Of a stretch of DNA of 64,000 nucleotides, positions 62,830 through 64,000 are shown piece after piece. The stretch is taken from NCBI GenBank assembly GCA_013239625.1, contig MU054001.1:4008167-4072166 (forward strand), read 5' to 3'. Below the pieces are notes generated by a model. It saw only the letters and a list, made by a program, of their open reading frames with translations, made no database searches and was not told the DNA's origin. How positions within the stretch are numbered: position 1 is the stretch's first letter; the number at the start of each line of letters is the position of its first letter. The translations under genes were made by a program, and so were the position numbers. Source of the stretch: Lama guanicoe. Its lineage: Eukaryota.

Positions 62830-63320
62830 CCTTCGAAGAACGCAAACCCAGAGTACAGAAATTAAAAAGACTGAGCCGCTTGACTACATAAAAGTGTTCA
62901 TCTTTTGTAGGGCAAAAGATGCCAAAAGCAAAGTTAATAGACAAACAGCCAATTGGGAAAAAATATTTGTGATGCAGAGGACAAGGGGTTACCATCTATA
63001 ATATACAAAGGGCTCTTACAAAGTGAAGAGAAAAGGGCAAACAACCCAAAAGAAATTATGGCAAAGGACGTGAATAGGCAATTCACAAAAGAATGAAGCC
63101 AAATGGCCACAAACAAATGAAAAGATGTTCGCACTCATTAGTGGTCAGGGAAATGCAAATTAAACTGACAATGAGATATCACAGAGGAAATTTAAAAGAA
63201 CAAGAACGCAATTGCTGGCAGGGATTTAGGGAAAAGCGACGTTCATATGTTGCTGCTGAATATGTAAATTATTGCTGTCTCTTTTGGAAGAAATCTGGCA
63301 ACACCAATTAAAACTTTAGG
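62830..63320 (+). mobile_element. Old L1 (L1ME-like) ORF2 3' fragment
   Basis: gggaaaaaatatttg...atgggcaaaggacgtgaataggcaattcaca...gggaaatgcaaattaaactgacaatgagatatcac. Confidence 0.75.
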
Positions 63321-63343
63321 AGTTACGTTAAAATTTTGCATTT

Positions 63344-63404
<61 letters not shown>

Positions 63405-63420
63405 TTACATATATATATAG
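63344..63420. repeat. Compound microsatellite (TA)8(TG)15(TA)7
   Basis: Seen directly. Confidence 0.95.
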
Positions 63421-63559
63421 ATTTCCTTTGACCCAGCAATCTTAACCTGATAGAATCAGTTAAACTACCCTATCCTAAAGACAAATGACAAAACATGCTT
63501 ATTGAATTATTATTTATATGGTTAAAAAAAAAACTCTCAAAGGAAAGTGTGGCAGACTG

Positions 63560-63870
63560 ACACAACGGAAGACTTGGCTTCCCAGCCTCCCTTGCTGCAT
63601 GGTCGGGACCACGTGACTGGGTTCTAGCTAATGGACTGGGGGAAGAAGTGATGTGTGGCCATAAAGCCCACTGCATGATCCCCTACCCTCTCTTCCCCTC
63701 TGTGGAGACCGCCCAATCTCTGAGTCCTTGTTTGGAGAACATCATCCCAGGGCTGCCCAACCACACTGCATTGGGACAGGAATGAGAAATAAACTCTTGC
63801 TGTGTTCAGGTGCTGCAATTTCATGGTTGCCTTGTGGCCACAGCGTAGGCTCACTTTAATGAATACTCAG
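63560..63870 (+). mobile_element. MaLR LTR (MLT1)
   Basis: ttcccagcctcccttgc...ccacgtgactgggttctagctaatgg...gagaaataaactcttgctgtgtt. Confidence 0.7.
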
Positions 63871-64000
63871 CCTGAGTGTCCAGCCATGGAAAATGACTGA
63901 CTGATGGCACAGCACAACCTAGCCAACTCCTCAGCCTGTATGAGGAATGAATTACAGCTAGACTAAGGGATTTCCACACCATCGGAGGAGGAATGTGACA

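Noticed and set aside
1..64000. Overall excess of TCF/LEF motifs
   Set aside because: I saw about ten CTTTGAT/ATCAAAG 7-mers, close to the roughly 8 expected by chance on two strands of 64 kb, and some lie in repeats (49277, 56509). Only clustered or helper-paired sites were kept.
1..64000. CRISPR arrays, operons, prokaryotic or viral systems, processed pseudogenes, rRNA/snRNA genes
   Set aside because: No regularly spaced repeat-spacer array, dense ORF packing, internal retroviral gag/pol/env or recognisable structural RNA was seen. The window is ordinary mammalian intron and intergenic DNA.

Overview
Mammalian genomic DNA, most likely camelid (camel, alpaca or llama), judged from two copies of a tRNA-derived SINE of the camelid Vic-1 type and cetartiodactyl-type L1 3' ends. 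The only protein-coding gene I can support is the 5' end of NKD1 (naked cuticle homolog 1, a Wnt feedback antagonist) on the minus strand. Its coding exons are at 15716-15692, 15566-15534 and 14822-14689, all with GT-AG junctions, and splice to 64 codons (MGKLHSKPAAVCKRRESPEGDSFAVSAAWARKGIEEWIGRQRCSGGSSGPRQLRAAGTVGRGTR). They sit in a CpG island at about 14.7-16.7 kb. Bases 1-14688 are the start of the long intron 3. Bases from about 16.7 to 64 kb are upstream intergenic DNA, largely old repeats (MIR, L2, L1M, MLT/MaLR LTRs, hAT MERs) with several non-repetitive, CpG-retaining, motif-dense islands that look like enhancers. Almost all ORFs in the supplied track are chance or repeat-derived. I found no evidence of a new multi-gene system. 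The best leads are regulatory: TCF/LEF sites repeatedly paired with RCCG helper sites, a two-codon uORF, a frame-preserving 33-nt exon in the membrane-targeting N-terminus, and nested, datable transposon insertions. Repeat family names come from recalled consensus sequences, and repeat boundaries are approximate unless a TSD is quoted.
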